Assembly: GCA_000002445.1 (NCBI GenBank)
Contig: CP000068.1
Coordinates: 160,001 to 224,000 of the forward strand
Length of the DNA stretch: 64,000 nt
DNA from: Trypanosoma brucei
Taxonomy: Eukaryota
Direction of reading: 5' to 3'
Shown here: positions 33,901 to 46,604 of the stretch, in pieces
Position numbering within the stretch: the first letter of the stretch is position 1
How the letters are laid out: every line of letters starts with the position of its first letter
Position numbers and translations under genes: made by a program
The notes under the pieces: model-generated
The model's input: the letters and a program-made list of their open reading frames with translations, nothing else
Told to the model about the DNA's origin: nothing
The model's database searches: none

Positions 33901-36900
33901 GGCAGGCATTGCAAAAGTCACTGACTGAAACGCAGAGTAGAACACGATACGAAAGAGGATGGTGCGATTATTAGCGTGTTCATATGTCGAAACCCATTCT
34001 TTACACAGGGAACAAACACTTGGTGGAAGTTGGAATGAAAAAAGATACAAATGATGAAGCATCTCTGGAATCAAAGACAGCTCCAAAGACCATCCAACGC
34101 TCGCAGGACAAAATGCGTGCAACAAAGTCACATCACTGAACTCATGCAGTGGAAGGGCGAATGCAAAATAGGAAAAAAAGCACAACACTGTAAAATGTGG
34201 GTACTACTCACCTTCCCCAAAACCGTCACAACACCCCTCCCCAGGAAGCGCTCCGTAGAGAAAGCGGTCGAAAATGCCGCAAACAGATGGTTGCCGTTTC
34301 GCATGCAACTGGCACGTTTTCTATGCAAGCTATTTAACCAAAGGGGTTTGAGCTAAACACAGAGGAGCGCCAACAGACTCAAGATAACTGTCAAAGGAAT
34401 TCACACTGAAACGACCATGGGTTGGGAAAAAGGAAAAGGGGGACTACTTCGCCGACGGCCAAGCCTACCTACATTCCGCCACGCCATACTTTGAAGAACC
34501 CGGCGTGTGAGTGCTGCTTGCGGCCGAGGGCACACAACTCATTGGTGCAAAAGGTGACAGTCACGCGGCGGTGTGGAACCGCAAGACTCGATCAGATACT
34601 AGGGGAATAACTTTACTGCGGCGCCATGTCGGTAAGTAGCTTTGGGCCAACAAAAAACTGGCGATAGCACCAAGTGTGCGTGCCAACATCGGGAGCTCAC
34701 ACCTGATGCGTCACCCCTCAAGGGAAGTGCGGGGCGCACCAGTGGATGTCATAGAACTTCACCGAGCAGTGATGGTCAACATCTCCTCGATATGAGTGTG
34801 TGGAACGTACGGGGTGAGCCCATTCGCCAACAGCTTCTCTGCATTCATAGACCAAATCCACACGGAGAAATTTTCTCAGGACAGCCGACGAACTCTGACG
34901 GAAGAATTGGAACTGGTGGAACGTGCACGAATTGGAGAAATGTCTGAGGTGCGGTATCCGTGTTGCAACCGCAGGGGTCGTTCCTTGAATCACAGCCACA
35001 CCACAACACTCAACACCTCAACTTACTAAACTCGATAAGGGGATTGCGAGGTGTCATCGCTCATTGAATGGGGGAACTGGTCGACATGCAGAGGTAGCTT
35101 CCAGGCCGCATGACAAATGAAGGGTGTTTCGTGCCGTTCTGAAAGCACAAGGCTCCGGTCCGTTGCAACTGGTGCGTCAAGAAAGTGTACGCGTCGGGGC
35201 CATTCAACCTCCTGGCGGCTATATGAGACGGTGCTCCAAAACCGACTACCGGCAGGAGAAACATTTCGTTGATCCCTACGCGCCCCGGGCAACAGATTAC
35301 TTATCCTCGCCCTTAAGGCATTCGACGTGAGTTTATGGAATGGAATCGTACCTGCTGCACGGGAGAGTTATCAATAATTTCCATACAGAAACACCCTAAG
35401 AAGGCGGAGCGTTTGGATGTCCACGAGGCGGTGAAAGCGATGAGTTGCGCGCGCAAAGCCATCGAGAACATCGTTGGTAATGGAATTGGGGACTTTATGG
35501 GGGAGGGGCCCACACTAGAACCGGGATTTCGGCCGGGTCGCCCCACGCTAAGGCTGCTTCAGCGCTTCCAGATGGCCCTTGGTCACCCGTCGCCGTCGCA
35601 CATGGGAGCGGCATTCATAGTTTACGCGAATGCCTTGGATGTCACACGGAAAGCGGCTGATGGTTTTATTTTACAGCAGAATGAAAGGAACAAAAGTTGG
35701 CAAAACACTGTTAAACAGCCGGACGCTTGCAAGAGGCATAAAGCAACTGCATCAGAGCGCACTGTGCCCCTCAGCCTCGGACTCGCAGAGCCAACTCTTG
35801 GAAGCATTTCCGCTATCACATGACGGCTTTTTTGCGGATAATTTGGCGCTATCGGCGCGATACACGAAGAGGGACCCCGAAGACCGCACACCGCAGGGCA
35901 GCCCCGGCGTTGTGATACAATGGCAGCAAAAGTGACTTATGTACGCCCGCACGCCGGTGACGAAATGCAAACTGCTCAGTTACATTGAACACTTATCGTC
36001 AATGTAACATCACGGTGGGGCTCGGGCTGGGGTTGGAAAAGTACCGAAGATGTTTTGGGACGGCGCGCTGCGCAAACACAGCGAATAGCAAGCCGCAGGG
36101 CGCTGAAAATAGAAACCGTTTGGGCGACGGCGTATCACCCAGATGAGGCGTTGCGTGCTTTACACTTCCGGTTTTTACAATTACGTGACACGTGCAGAGC
36201 TGATGTGTGGCATTAGTGCGTCTCAGAAGGTATTCGAGAGGCGACCGGAGCGGAGCGGCACAAAGACAGCCAAACCATCGAGGACGTATCGCACGCGCAC
36301 TATACAACCCCACCCGTAACTTCGTGCCGGGACGGAAGCCGCTGATCCAAACTTCTCCAACGCCTTCCTTTTCAATGCAACAGGGCCTTCCGCGGGAAGA
36401 TAAGGCCCGTGTGCGCAAACTGTCCCGGAGAGGCTTAGATCGGCGAATGGACATTCTTAAACCAGAGGTCCGGCCAGACCCTCAGCCCAAGTGAGGACGA
36501 AAAAACGATACATCAGGTCAACAAAAGCGGCGGCGCACTTGCACTGGCGGTGGGCCTGCGAAAGGCACCGAATCCCTTCTTAATTCACAAGGCGGTGCTG
36601 CCCAGCCTCTCGATATACCCGCTTTCGTTCTCCACCATGCCGGAGGCGAGCGCAGTTACCATTACTGACCCGTCCCTGCACAAATTGCGGTGGTCAGCTG
36701 TGACAATACCGGGCAGGAACAATTGCATTAGACCACAGTTTGTACTCCCCTGCTGCGGCGTGGCATTGAACGAAGGCGCGCGGCGAAATTGCGAAGAATG
36801 TCGCTGGCATGTCACAGTTGCCCGACCGGGGGTTTGCAGACACCGCGGCCTATTCGAAGCGTTTGTTGTGATCTGGGGAAATATACTCGGGGGCCCACCG

Positions 36901-37900
36901 GGACACATTTCACGACCAAATGCAAAGAATGGATGCGCGGGCCGACAGCGTTGGCTGGCACTGCTGGTGGTCGCCGCACAAAATCAACTCATGGGTGGCC
37001 CGTTCCACCGGTGGCAGGAACCGTAATTTCCACTGGCGACGCTTGCACCCCAACCAATCCCAACGACCACGACCTCGGTGTTAACAACCTTCTTTCACGC
37101 TGAGGGACAAAAAAGGTGTACTAATTGCGGTGCGATATGGCAAACACCGAACGAGTGCAGTGACGAATATGGCGGCGGATCTTCTGGCGTAGGCGCGTTC
37201 TTTTGAAAAATTAAATGCGGTGATGCGTCGCGTCCAGCGTATGATCCATCAGAACCCATGCAACCGCGGCCCGTACTGGCGGCTTCGCGAGTATCAACAA
37301 CAGCAAGCCTCAACACTAAACATTCAAAGGCGTCACGACGGCACCACCTTCGCAGCCACATTTGTGATACAAAGCAATCGGTTCGCGAGCTAAACAGGTC
37401 TTGAATTGAAAAGCAGGATGCAAGATGTAAAGCAATAACTACAAGACAGCGCATCTACCGCAAGAAAACATTGTTTTACCCAACAAGCTACCATGCCCCG
37501 GAGGCAACATAGCCAACACCAAACGACACCGCCATCCTGCAGAAGTTCTGCTTCTCGGGTCGCCTTGAATAACTTCAACTCACCACAAAACGACTCCAGA
37601 GCTTGACGCCACTCTTAACTACGACTATTGAAAAACAGGGTAAACAGGAACCAAAATCATACAGCACCCCCATTAACAAGAGAATAGACAGAAAAAACTA
37701 AGCAACAAACAAAAAAGTGGAAAAGTCGGCATGTCAGCAAGTCTAACATCTAGCATCGCCTCCTCACCCTCCAACAAACACACACCCAAAAAACAAAACT
37801 AGCACAAAATTTTTTTCACATCAGCAGAAAAAAAACCAAAAATACAAAATAAAGAAAAAAACAACATTTATCAGCGGTGGAGAGAACGGTACAACTAGGG
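25000..37900. other. Gene-poor, sequence-complex zone with only short, mutually overlapping ORFs on all six frames; interpreted as degenerate pseudogene/retroelement debris
   Basis: Unlike the trypanosome intergenic spacers elsewhere in the window (low-complexity, homopolymer-rich), this 13 kb is compositionally complex and GC-balanced, yet no frame stays open for more than about 215 codons. Chains of same-strand ORFs separated by frameshifts are visible. Confidence 0.45.
28950..32300 (-). mobile_element. Degenerate retroelement-like pseudogene chain (frameshifted minus-strand ORFs) including a CCHC zinc-knuckle gag-like remnant
   Basis: Ten successive minus-strand ORFs tile 32292→28956 head-to-tail with frame changes (32041-32292, 31753-32031, 31224-31574, 31040-31429, 30649-31242, 30309-30797, 30028-30255, 29803-30015, 29402-29806, 28956-29147). 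ORF 31040-31429 ends in …RCFRCGKLWHYSTSCF… which is a CX2CX4HX4C zinc knuckle. No intact RT motifs could be confirmed by eye. Confidence 0.4.
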
Positions 37901-37978
37901 AAAAAATTAAGAATTGAACAAAACACAATAAACAAACACAAAACATGCTGAAACCAGCGACAAATGGGTATGATTGTG

Positions 37979-39813
37979 CAACACTGTTTTTGCATAATCA
38001 TACGCATGAATGCGTATTTGACGTGAAAATACGCAATAATGCACAATTTGTGAACAAACATGCAACATTGTGCAGGTTGTGCAAGAATGCGTGTTTTACA
38101 CCAAAAACACCTTACATGTTGCATTGCAACACTGTTTTTGCACAATCATACGCATGAATGCGTATTTGACGTGAAAATACGCAATAATGCACAATTTGTG
38201 AACAAACATGCAACATTGTGCAGGTTGTGCAAGAATGCGTGTTTTACACCAAAAACACCTTACATGTTGCATTGCAACACTGTTTTTGCACAATCATACG
38301 CATGAATGCGTATTTGACGTGAAAATACGCAATAATGCACAATTTGTGAACAAACATGCAACATTGTGCAGGTTGTGCAAGAATGCGTGTTTTACACCAA
38401 AAACACCTTACATGTTGCATTGCAACACTGTTTTTGCACAATCATACGCATGAATGCGTATTTGACGTGAAAATACGCAATAATGCACAATTTGTGAACA
38501 AACATGCAACATTGTGCAGGTTGTGCAAGAATGCGTGTTTTACACCAAAAACACCTTACATGTTGCATTGCAACACTGTTTTTGCACAATCATACGCATG
38601 AATGCGTATTTGACGTGAAAATACGCAATAATGCACAATTTGTGAACAAACATGCAACATTGTGCAGGTTGTGCAAGAATGCGTGTTTTACACCAAAAAC
38701 ACCTTACATGTTGCATTGCAACACTGTTTTTGCACAATCATACGCATGAATGCGTATTTGACGTGAAAATACGCAATAATGCACAATTTGTGAACAAACA
38801 TGCAACATTGTGCAGGTTGTGCAAGAATGCGTGTTTTACACCAAAAACACCTTACATGTTGCATTGTAACACTGTTTTTGCACAATCATACGCATGAATG
38901 CGTATTTGACGTGAAAATACGCAATAATGCACAATTTGTGAACAAACATGCAACATTGTGCAGGTTGTGCAAGAATGCGTGTTTTACACCAAAAACACCT
39001 TACATGTTGCATTGCAACACTGTTTTTGCACAATCATACGCATGAATGCGTATTTGACGTGAAAATACGCAATAATGCACAATTTGTGAACAAACATGCA
39101 ACATTGTGCAGGTTGTGCAAGAATGCGTGTTTTACACCAAAAACACCTTACATGTTGCATTGCAACACTGTTTTTGCACAATCATACGCATGAATGCGTA
39201 TTTGACGTGAAAATACGCAATAATGCACAATTTGTGAACAAACATGCAACATTGTGCAGGTTGTGCAAGAATGCGTGTTTTACACCAAAAACACCTTACA
39301 TGTTGCATTGCAACACTGTTTTTGCACAATCATACGCATGAATGCGTATTTGACGTGAAAATACGCAATAATGCACAATTTGTGAACAAACATGCAACAT
39401 TGTGCAGGTTGTGCAAGAATGCGTGTTTTACACCAAAAACACCTTACATGTTGCATTGTAACACTGTTTTTGCACAATCATACGCATGAATGCGTATTTG
39501 ACGTGAAAATACGCAATAATGCACAATTTGTGAACAAACATGCAACATTGTGCAGGTTGTGCAAGAATGCGTGTTTTACACCAAAAACACCTTACATGTT
39601 GCATTGTAACACTGTTTTTGCACAATCATACGCATGAATGCGTATTTGACGTGAAAATACGCAATAATGCACAATTTGTGAACAAACATGCAACATTGTG
39701 CAGGTTGTGCAAGAATGCGTGTTTTACACCAAAAACACCTTACATGTTGCATTGTAACACTGTTTTTGCACAATCATACGCATGAATGCGTATTTGACGT
39801 GAAAATACGCAAT
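37979..39813. repeat. Tandem satellite array, 148-bp unit × ~12.4 copies, 62% AT, nearly identical units with a few recurrent SNPs
   Basis: Exact periodicity of 148 bp seen directly (caacactgtttttgca at 37979, 38127, 38275 …). The six-frame track shows the same 81-aa and 65-aa ORFs repeating every 148 nt on both strands. Unit GC counted by hand is 56/148. Confidence 0.95.
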
Positions 39814-42800
39814 AGTTTGCATTTTATGCTTTAATGTTTATGTTGCTCATGCTTTTTTTCAATTTGCATATTTTGCGTGAGAAGGGTTGTTGTAATTAGA
39901 CTTGTTTTCACCTGATCGATGTATTAATGGATATGAAATGGGAAAGGTGTCATGATGTGCTGCCGTGTAAGTGTGAAAATTAATTTTTTTAGTTTTTTTG
40001 TTTGCCGTGTTCTAAAGCAGTGTGTTGTTGTTTCTTTTTGATGCTGTCTTTATTTTTTTGTAGCGATTTTAGCGAAGCGGATGGAAATGTTGAGTTTGTG
40101 ACATTCTTTTTTTTTTTTAGTGTGTCCTGTTTTCGCGAGAGCAAATGTTTAGGAATACCGAATTTGTTGTATTGTTTTCTGTTTTGCTGTTAATGGCGAG
40201 GGGTCTTTCATGGAAAGTGTTTTCGAGACCCACAAGGGTTTATATTGCTTTACAAAGTGTACCGGAATTGCTTGGTGCCACGAAAGGGGGACGTGATTGT
40301 AAGCGAAATAATGTGCCACGTAGTTGCACGGAATAACGTGATGGTAGGAAAAATCTGCGAAGAGGGGGGTCATACGAGGAGCTGCGTACGGAAGGCGATT
40401 GGGACCTGTCGCAACAATTTCACTACTTAAAGGCCAGTCTTTTTATGTTGCCATTTACTGCCGGCTTGGGCGCCGTGAGAGCGGGGGGGGCAGGGGACGT
40501 TTAGCGGCAGATGAATGGTTCGAAAAGGCATAATTTGCTCAATTTCCATCAAAGCAGCGAAAAGTGAAACATATTCGATAAAGCCAGTCTGCGCCACTCA
40601 CCAATGACAATGCCAATTTTTGTTTTTAATGTGCCGTTTCGTCGATCACATGACCGGGCACCGCCACTTTATGGAGATCCTGTTGGGATATATATATAAA
40701 TATATTGTGCGTCCTTTCGAGCTGTTGGCGACATTTTCTCATGCTCTAGGTATTAAGTTCCTGTGAGTGACGCTGCATACCTGCTTGCAGCTCGTTGTTC
40801 TTTTATTAAGCGTTAGCGCTGAAACGGGCCTCGCACAGTGTTGTTATTGTGGTTTGAGGCGCCAACGAATAACTGCAGAGCCGTTGTCTTTCGCAATCCT
40901 GCATGAAGAAAGCCTCCCGCGAACAAAACGCAGCTGTTCCAAAGAGGCCGTATGATGCGGTTTTACCTCATGTACAACCTGACGGAACGTTGGGAACGCC
41001 TTCGGCCATTGTGAACAAATCGCAAAACCACGTCAAGGCAACCACCTGTCCTTACCAGTGTGCGTGAGGTTGCCATAATTTGCATCATAAATTGCTCCCC
41101 GTAGATGCCGATGGATCTTTGCGGTTGCTTCATCCATGCAGTGACTCGCATGTGAAATGCATGACCATCCTATTGTTTGGTTGCAGAACACAGGCTGGAG
41201 TGCTAAACGCATCCTTCCCAAGCCTCGACGCGTCGTCCGCCGCAACAGAAACGGTATCCACGGCTTCAACACTTTTCCGCAACCGCCCGCGTCCTGAACC
41301 GCCAGTGTGCTCCTCTTGCCCGACCTCCCTTTTCTTTTTTTAAAAGTTTCATCGCGTCCGATTAACTGCTGCTCTCCGTTCTTACGCTTCGTGGTGGTCT
41401 CTTAGTTCTCAACCCATCTCACTTTCCGCGCAGTATAGGACTGTGGCACCGCGCAATCAACTGATACGCATATTTGAACAGGCTTTGCAGTAGCTTTAGC
41501 TTCATCCAATGCCAAGCCGTCAGTATTTTCCCTATTCCCCTTCTTTCCAGCGATGGTGGCTGGAAACTCAGTTATATGAATGTGTTCTTAACCGCGGAAG
41601 CGAAAAGAAGCAACCTTCAAAAACTTTCCTCCCTTTAAATGTTTCATTCCGCAGCCAAACCTTTGTTAGTGAGGGCATTCGTCTTGTTTCCTTCCTGACT
41701 TAATGCATATCCAACTTAGCTTCGTCACTGGCATTCTCTGCACTCCTGCATGTTCCACCCTCATTTTTTTTTCTTCTTCCAAACCCATCACTATTTATCC
41801 GTTTCATGACACACACGCATATATGTATTGTCCATGCGCCATTTGGTCGTCGTCTCCGCATTCCTTCGGCAAACGTTTACTTTCATTATCTTTTAAGAAT
41901 TTCCTTTTGAATAATTAAATGTGTATAAGTAAAAAACTTGACGGAAGAGATAAGGGAGTGAGATGAGGTGCAATGACGCCAATCAGTTGTTACCTCCCAC
42001 CCCCAACGCACGGCCACGCGCATGCGGTGCGTTTGGAGCAGGTGTGAAGCAAAAGACAAAAGGAAAGTTATAATTTAGCAATTTCTGCCCACTGATCGCG
42101 TGCGAACGCACTGTATTAACCTTAAACCCGTGTGGTTGGCGGGAAAGATTATCTTTGACGCGTGATGGAAAGGGGGGGGGGGGAGCGGCGCGGGCGGGCA
42201 CCACATACATCTCTGTGTGTTGTCGTCTTTTTTCTTCAAATACTGCTTTTCTTTTCTTTTCTTTTCATTCCTTTTTAAAACCCGCAGCTCACAACGAACT
42301 AATTTCGCAAACTAAATACACCCCGTGAATTTCCCCCCTTGCTCCTTGCGCGTTGAGAGGGGTACTTCCGTTATTTCCCTCATGGCCGTTTCTTTTTTTT
42401 TTCCCCTTAAACTTCTTTTCCCCTTTTAATTCATTAAGAAAGAGGAATCAAAACGCACACCCGCAATTCTCGCTCGTTTTTTTTTTGCGGCCATAAGGGC
42501 GGTTTTTTTTTCAAATTTATTTATTTAAAAATAAATAAATATATATATATAGATAGAACGCTGAACGTGTAGGACTGTTTCCCCCCTTTCCCACCTCACC
42601 ACCATTAACTCGCTTTTTTCCTTTTTTTCGTAATACATGTCATCTTATTCCCTCAACTTTCCTTTCCATCATGTCATGGGTTTTAAAATAAAGGGAAGCA
42701 CAAACAGACAAACTCAGCACCACTGGAACATCCCTGATATACCAAAAGCAAAAGAAAAAACTTGTATAGATACGTTGGAATATGAGTTTTGTGCTGATGA

Positions 42801-43428
42801 TACGAAACAAAAAAACAACAAACAAAAGCAGGAGGATGACGCAACGCCATGAACAAAAATATGTTTCAAGGAAAAATGTTTGTATGAAATGCCGTCACCC
42901 TCCCCACGCATTAGTCATCAGTCAAAGCAATCAAATATGCTAATCAAATTAATATCAATGATTTTTTTTAAAAAAAAGTAATTTCTATTTTTACTTCAGA
43001 CAAAAAATGAGAAGGCGGAGCCAAAATTATAAAAATATTTATACCTGCATAAGCTCATAAGAATATATATATATATATAAATACCATTAAATATAAAAAA
43101 GAAAAAAGTCAACATATGACCCTTCTCGCTATTTCTCCCTCATTCCTTTTTATCTTACAAAAACCCATTTCACCAATTTACACCAGTGAAGCGGTCATAT
43201 GTTGGGGGAGGCGAACTCCCGCCCCCTTTTCTCTTTTTTTCCCTTAATTTTGTGTCTTCTCCATTAATTTCCAGCTAAAAATTCTTTCAGTTTCCTTCTT
43301 ACTGCTGCAGCTTCCGATGAAAATATTACCGCAGACGTGAGGTGAAGAAGAAGAGGGAGGGGGAGGGGGGAGGAAACAAATAACGCATTGGCATAAAAAT
43401 TTTGGTGCATGTGCATATGTGCAAAATT

Positions 43429-44715
43429 CTAAAGAATATTACCTTCTAAGACGTCAGATCCCAACTCCTCCTCCTTCCCTTTCTTTTCCACCTGTCCTTC
43501 CACCTCATCCCTTTTTTTCATGTGCCACCTGAGGAGGAGAAACAAAAGTATCAGCAAAACGAGCGGGACAACAATCGCAACGACCAAAACGGCTACGCTA
43601 ATTCCCAATGGCGCAGTATCACGTGCCTTCTGGATAAGTTCTTCCTCTTCCTCAGTATTGTTGGGAAGTATAATTTCACGGGAAATATCAACATCATGTT
43701 TTCCATTTTCCCCCAAGACAGTGGTGCGTTCCAATTTGTCCTTCCGTTGCTTAACGAATTCGGTTACGTTTCGAAGAATTGATTTTGGCGTCTCCTCATC
43801 AGTTTCAAGCAAGGTGTAGATTTTGTAAAGCACCACCAACTTTGTCTCGGCGACGTACACGGCGCGTTGTGCCTTCCTCAACTCCGTCACAATCGCATGA
43901 GTTTTGGTCATTGCCCTTTTGTAATCGCCTAACCATCCTTCCCAAGCGGTACAGATATCCGGGCCGCTGTACTTGCTCTTATCTTCACATGGCGGCTTAC
44001 CACTCTTTGCTTTTGGCTTATGTTTATCCCATTTATCCAACGCGAGCTTCATCTTCGTCCCAGTCACGTTTTGGTAAGGCGTACTCTTTCTCAAACCATC
44101 GCAGTGAATGACATTCCTCGCACCATCGGAGTAATCTCTGCGCCGCCCGATAACATAACAATTGTGGCTATAAGGTGATAACTTCAGCCCTCGCTTAATA
44201 TCTCCACCGCAATGCCAGTTCAGAACCTTTAAGAGACCTGTGGCTTTATTATGGTCCTCAATTTCGTCTTCACCCAACGCCTGTGCCGCCGCTCCCTTCG
44301 CTCCATCGATTGATCCTTTAATCTTTTCAGCGACCTCTTGCGCTGTCGCCTCTCCTTGGTCAATGTCTTTCTGAGCTGCCTCGCACTGCTCGCGCAGCTT
44401 AGCCGCGACTGTGGCATACGAGTTGCTTTTTTCATCCAGTCGGGGTCCAATGTATTCAAGATAATAACTCACCCTCTTTTTATCATCAGCCAACAATGCG
44501 GCCAGCCGGTCAGACTCTTCTACAAAATAATCAGCCGATTCTCCAGAAACTTTGGTGGAATAATCCGTCATCGCGCATAGGGCTCTCCCGGCGGCCACGT
44601 CAAGTTTCCTTTCTGCTTTGTAATGCGATTTTCCATAGGATTCCTCATCAGCAAATCCACCTGAGCAACAGACAAGCAGCACGAAGCCGAGCCCAAGCAC
44701 AATAGTACGCGACAT
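43429..44715 (-). CDS. Type-I membrane surface glycoprotein, invariant-surface-glycoprotein (ISG65-like) family paralog A (428 aa)
   Basis: N-terminal signal peptide (MSRTIVLGLGFVLLVCCSG), Cys-containing ectodomain with motifs shared with the two paralogs (…NWHCGGD…, …CTAWEGW…), several N-glycosylation sequons, a single C-terminal TM (ISVAVLVVAIVVPLVLLILLFLLL) and a short Lys-rich cytoplasmic tail. This architecture and size are typical of T. brucei ISG65-type proteins, not GPI-anchored VSGs. Family assignment is from architecture, not alignment. Confidence 0.7.
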   Translation of the reverse strand: MSRTIVLGLGFVLLVCCSGGFADEESYGKSHYKAERKLDVAAGRALCAMTDYSTKVSGESADYFVEESDRLAALLADDKKRVSYYLEYIGPRLDEKSNSYATVAAKLREQCEAAQKDIDQGEATAQEVAEKIKGSIDGAKGAAAQALGEDEIEDHNKATGLLKVLNWHCGGDIKRGLKLSPYSHNCYVIGRRRDYSDGARNVIHCDGLRKSTPYQNVTGTKMKLALDKWDKHKPKAKSGKPPCEDKSKYSGPDICTAWEGWLGDYKRAMTKTHAIVTELRKAQRAVYVAETKLVVLYKIYTLLETDEETPKSILRNVTEFVKQRKDKLERTTVLGENGKHDVDISREIILPNNTEEEEELIQKARDTAPLGISVAVLVVAIVVPLVLLILLFLLLRWHMKKRDEVEGQVEKKGKEEELGSDVLEGNIL

Positions 44716-44920
44716 TTTCGTTTATAGTAACGTTGATGGTACCCAGAAAGTTAGTGCCAAAGCTCTGGTCAGCCGAAAAGCAAAAAATAAAAGATAAAAA
44801 AGGGTAAAACGGAGGAAATCGAAGGGAACAAATACAACACATCACTTGGTTAAAGTTGGGGGGCACCACACACCACCTCACGAAATGACTTAACGCTTGG
44901 CACAAAACCCACCTTTGCTT
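44660..44920. repeat. ~255-bp block (5' UTR plus first ~50 nt of CDS of ISG-like paralog A) duplicated identically at 50325-50585 upstream of paralog C
   Basis: Direct comparison: …ttcgtttatagtaacgttgatggtacccagaaagttagtgccaaagctctggtcagccgaaaagcaaaaaataaaagataaaaaagggtaaaacggagg…cacctttgct is identical at both sites and diverges immediately outside. This explains the duplicated spurious ORFs 44648-44995 and 50271-50570. Confidence 0.9.
44771..44837 (-). promoter_or_regulatory. Polypyrimidine tract (minus strand) upstream of ISG-like paralog A; candidate spliced-leader acceptor region (duplicated upstream of paralog C at ~50436-50502)
   Basis: Plus strand gccgaaaagcaaaaaataaaagataaaaaagggtaaaacggaggaaatcgaagggaacaaatacaac is purine-rich, hence pyrimidine-rich on the coding strand, about 60-120 nt upstream of the ATG. 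Confidence 0.45.
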
Positions 44921-46604
44921 CCATTTAAGGGGGGGGGATTGAAAAAACTTACCGTAAACGCCGTTGAATGATGCCACAAACGGAAGCTTCATCACTGATG
45001 ACGCGACTGCATATCCTCTTTATTCATTTTTAGACGTTGCGAGACAAGTTTCCCATTTCAACGACTTCCCACTGGCCGCATTTCCCAACACACACACATA
45101 CAGAAAACTTACGCAAGATATCGCGAAGAGAGGCGCCTGCAATCACACAAACATTTCAATTCACCTCATCAACCATACAGTGAGCGGAATTACCATCGGG
45201 GAACCTTTCGTTGGTTTAAAGATATGACACCGCCTTTTCACTGGGTTACTTCCACAACTACCTACACCAAGAGCATGCGCACAAATGTTTGTATGTTTTA
45301 ACCTTCCTTAATTCGCTTTTGTACGAGACATTTTCATGTCCTCACTTAAAGCTATTTTCTTCCACAAAAAATATATGCATCATATATGTATTTCTTTTCT
45401 TCAGGACAGGGAAACTTTTAAATATATAAATGAAGTAACGTGTGAACGGCAGGCAAACACACAAAAGAGGTGACGGGAAGGGGGAATCCACTTCCTATTA
45501 CCACAATCTCGACCACAAAAATCTCTGAAGCGAATGAGGGAGGAAGGAAACTTAATGCCACGGCCATGTACATAAAATTTACCATACGATTCAAGTGCTC
45601 AAATATTAAGATTTCCCCCTTCTTTATATTTTTTGTTTTATTTTTTTTCCCTTCCTTTCTTGTCTTTAATGCACTCACCTTTCTTATACTCTACCACCCT
45701 CTGCCGCCACCAGGCATTTGGTGACCAAACCAATGAACGGTTACATTCGGTGTAGCCGATCCGCTTTTGAGTTTCATAAGAGATTAGAGAATGGCCAGTT
45801 GCAGCACAGGATGAGGTTGTTAAAATATTAACCGAAGTCGCTCTCTGCAATGCATGAGCGGACAAAACCAGAGCCAAACCAAAACGAAAAAGAAAAAAAA
45901 AGGGGCGAAGTCGGAAGCGTATGGGACCGAAATAATCAACCAGACACATCACAACAACTCTCCAACCCCTCCGAAAATAATGGGTAGGAAAAAATGAGAC
46001 TAGTTAATTTATTATTATTATTTTTTAATTTTTGAGGAAAGAGAAGGAAAAAAACAAGAAGTTGTGGTGTTGACATTACTGTCTACACTCATAACGGTAT
46101 ATGTGCAAATAGAAATGATCGGAAAATTTCCGAACTTGTGTCTTATTTTTTTTGTCATTTCAATGGTTTCCCTAAAATTTCCCGCACCTATTTATTACTT
46201 AGCTTTACCCTTCATTACACCTTTTGCTCTCCTAGCTATTTTGAACTCCCTCTCCCGCTTAAGTCACCTCTTTTCTTTCTTTCAAAAATACGATTGAACT
46301 ACTCTTCTAAAATACCAAAAGCATGTTACTTTAAAATTTTTCTCAAACGAATTATGGTTTCATTACATTCATCCCTTTAGAAAACAACAACACGTACACG
46401 CACATGTATGCTGCACGAAATGTATAAGACATGTGTTTATACCCTTTCCTCGATATGTTTCATCATGTGTGGCATTTTTTCGGCAGACGCGTATATAGAC
46501 TCATCCCCATGCTGTTTTTTTCCTCGAATTTCCGTGTGTTTTAAAGTGCAAAGCGCGGTCACGGAGGGGAGAAAACGATTGGTACGCACTTGAAAGCATG
46601 GCCT

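Noticed and set aside
37945-39785. Series of 81-aa (plus strand) and 65-aa (minus strand) ORFs, each repeated many times
   Set aside because: They are the same 148-bp satellite unit read in an open frame; periodic identical ORFs on both strands are a by-product of a stop-free repeat, not genes.
37979-39813. Regular short repeats that might suggest a CRISPR array
   Set aside because: Eukaryotic (trypanosome) context. Units are contiguous identical 148-bp repeats with no unique spacers, i.e. satellite DNA, not repeat-spacer architecture.
44648-44995. 115-aa ORF, and its near-identical twin at 50271-50570
   Set aside because: Both lie in the duplicated 5' UTR block of the ISG-like genes; pyrimidine-rich UTR read in frame, explained by the duplication.
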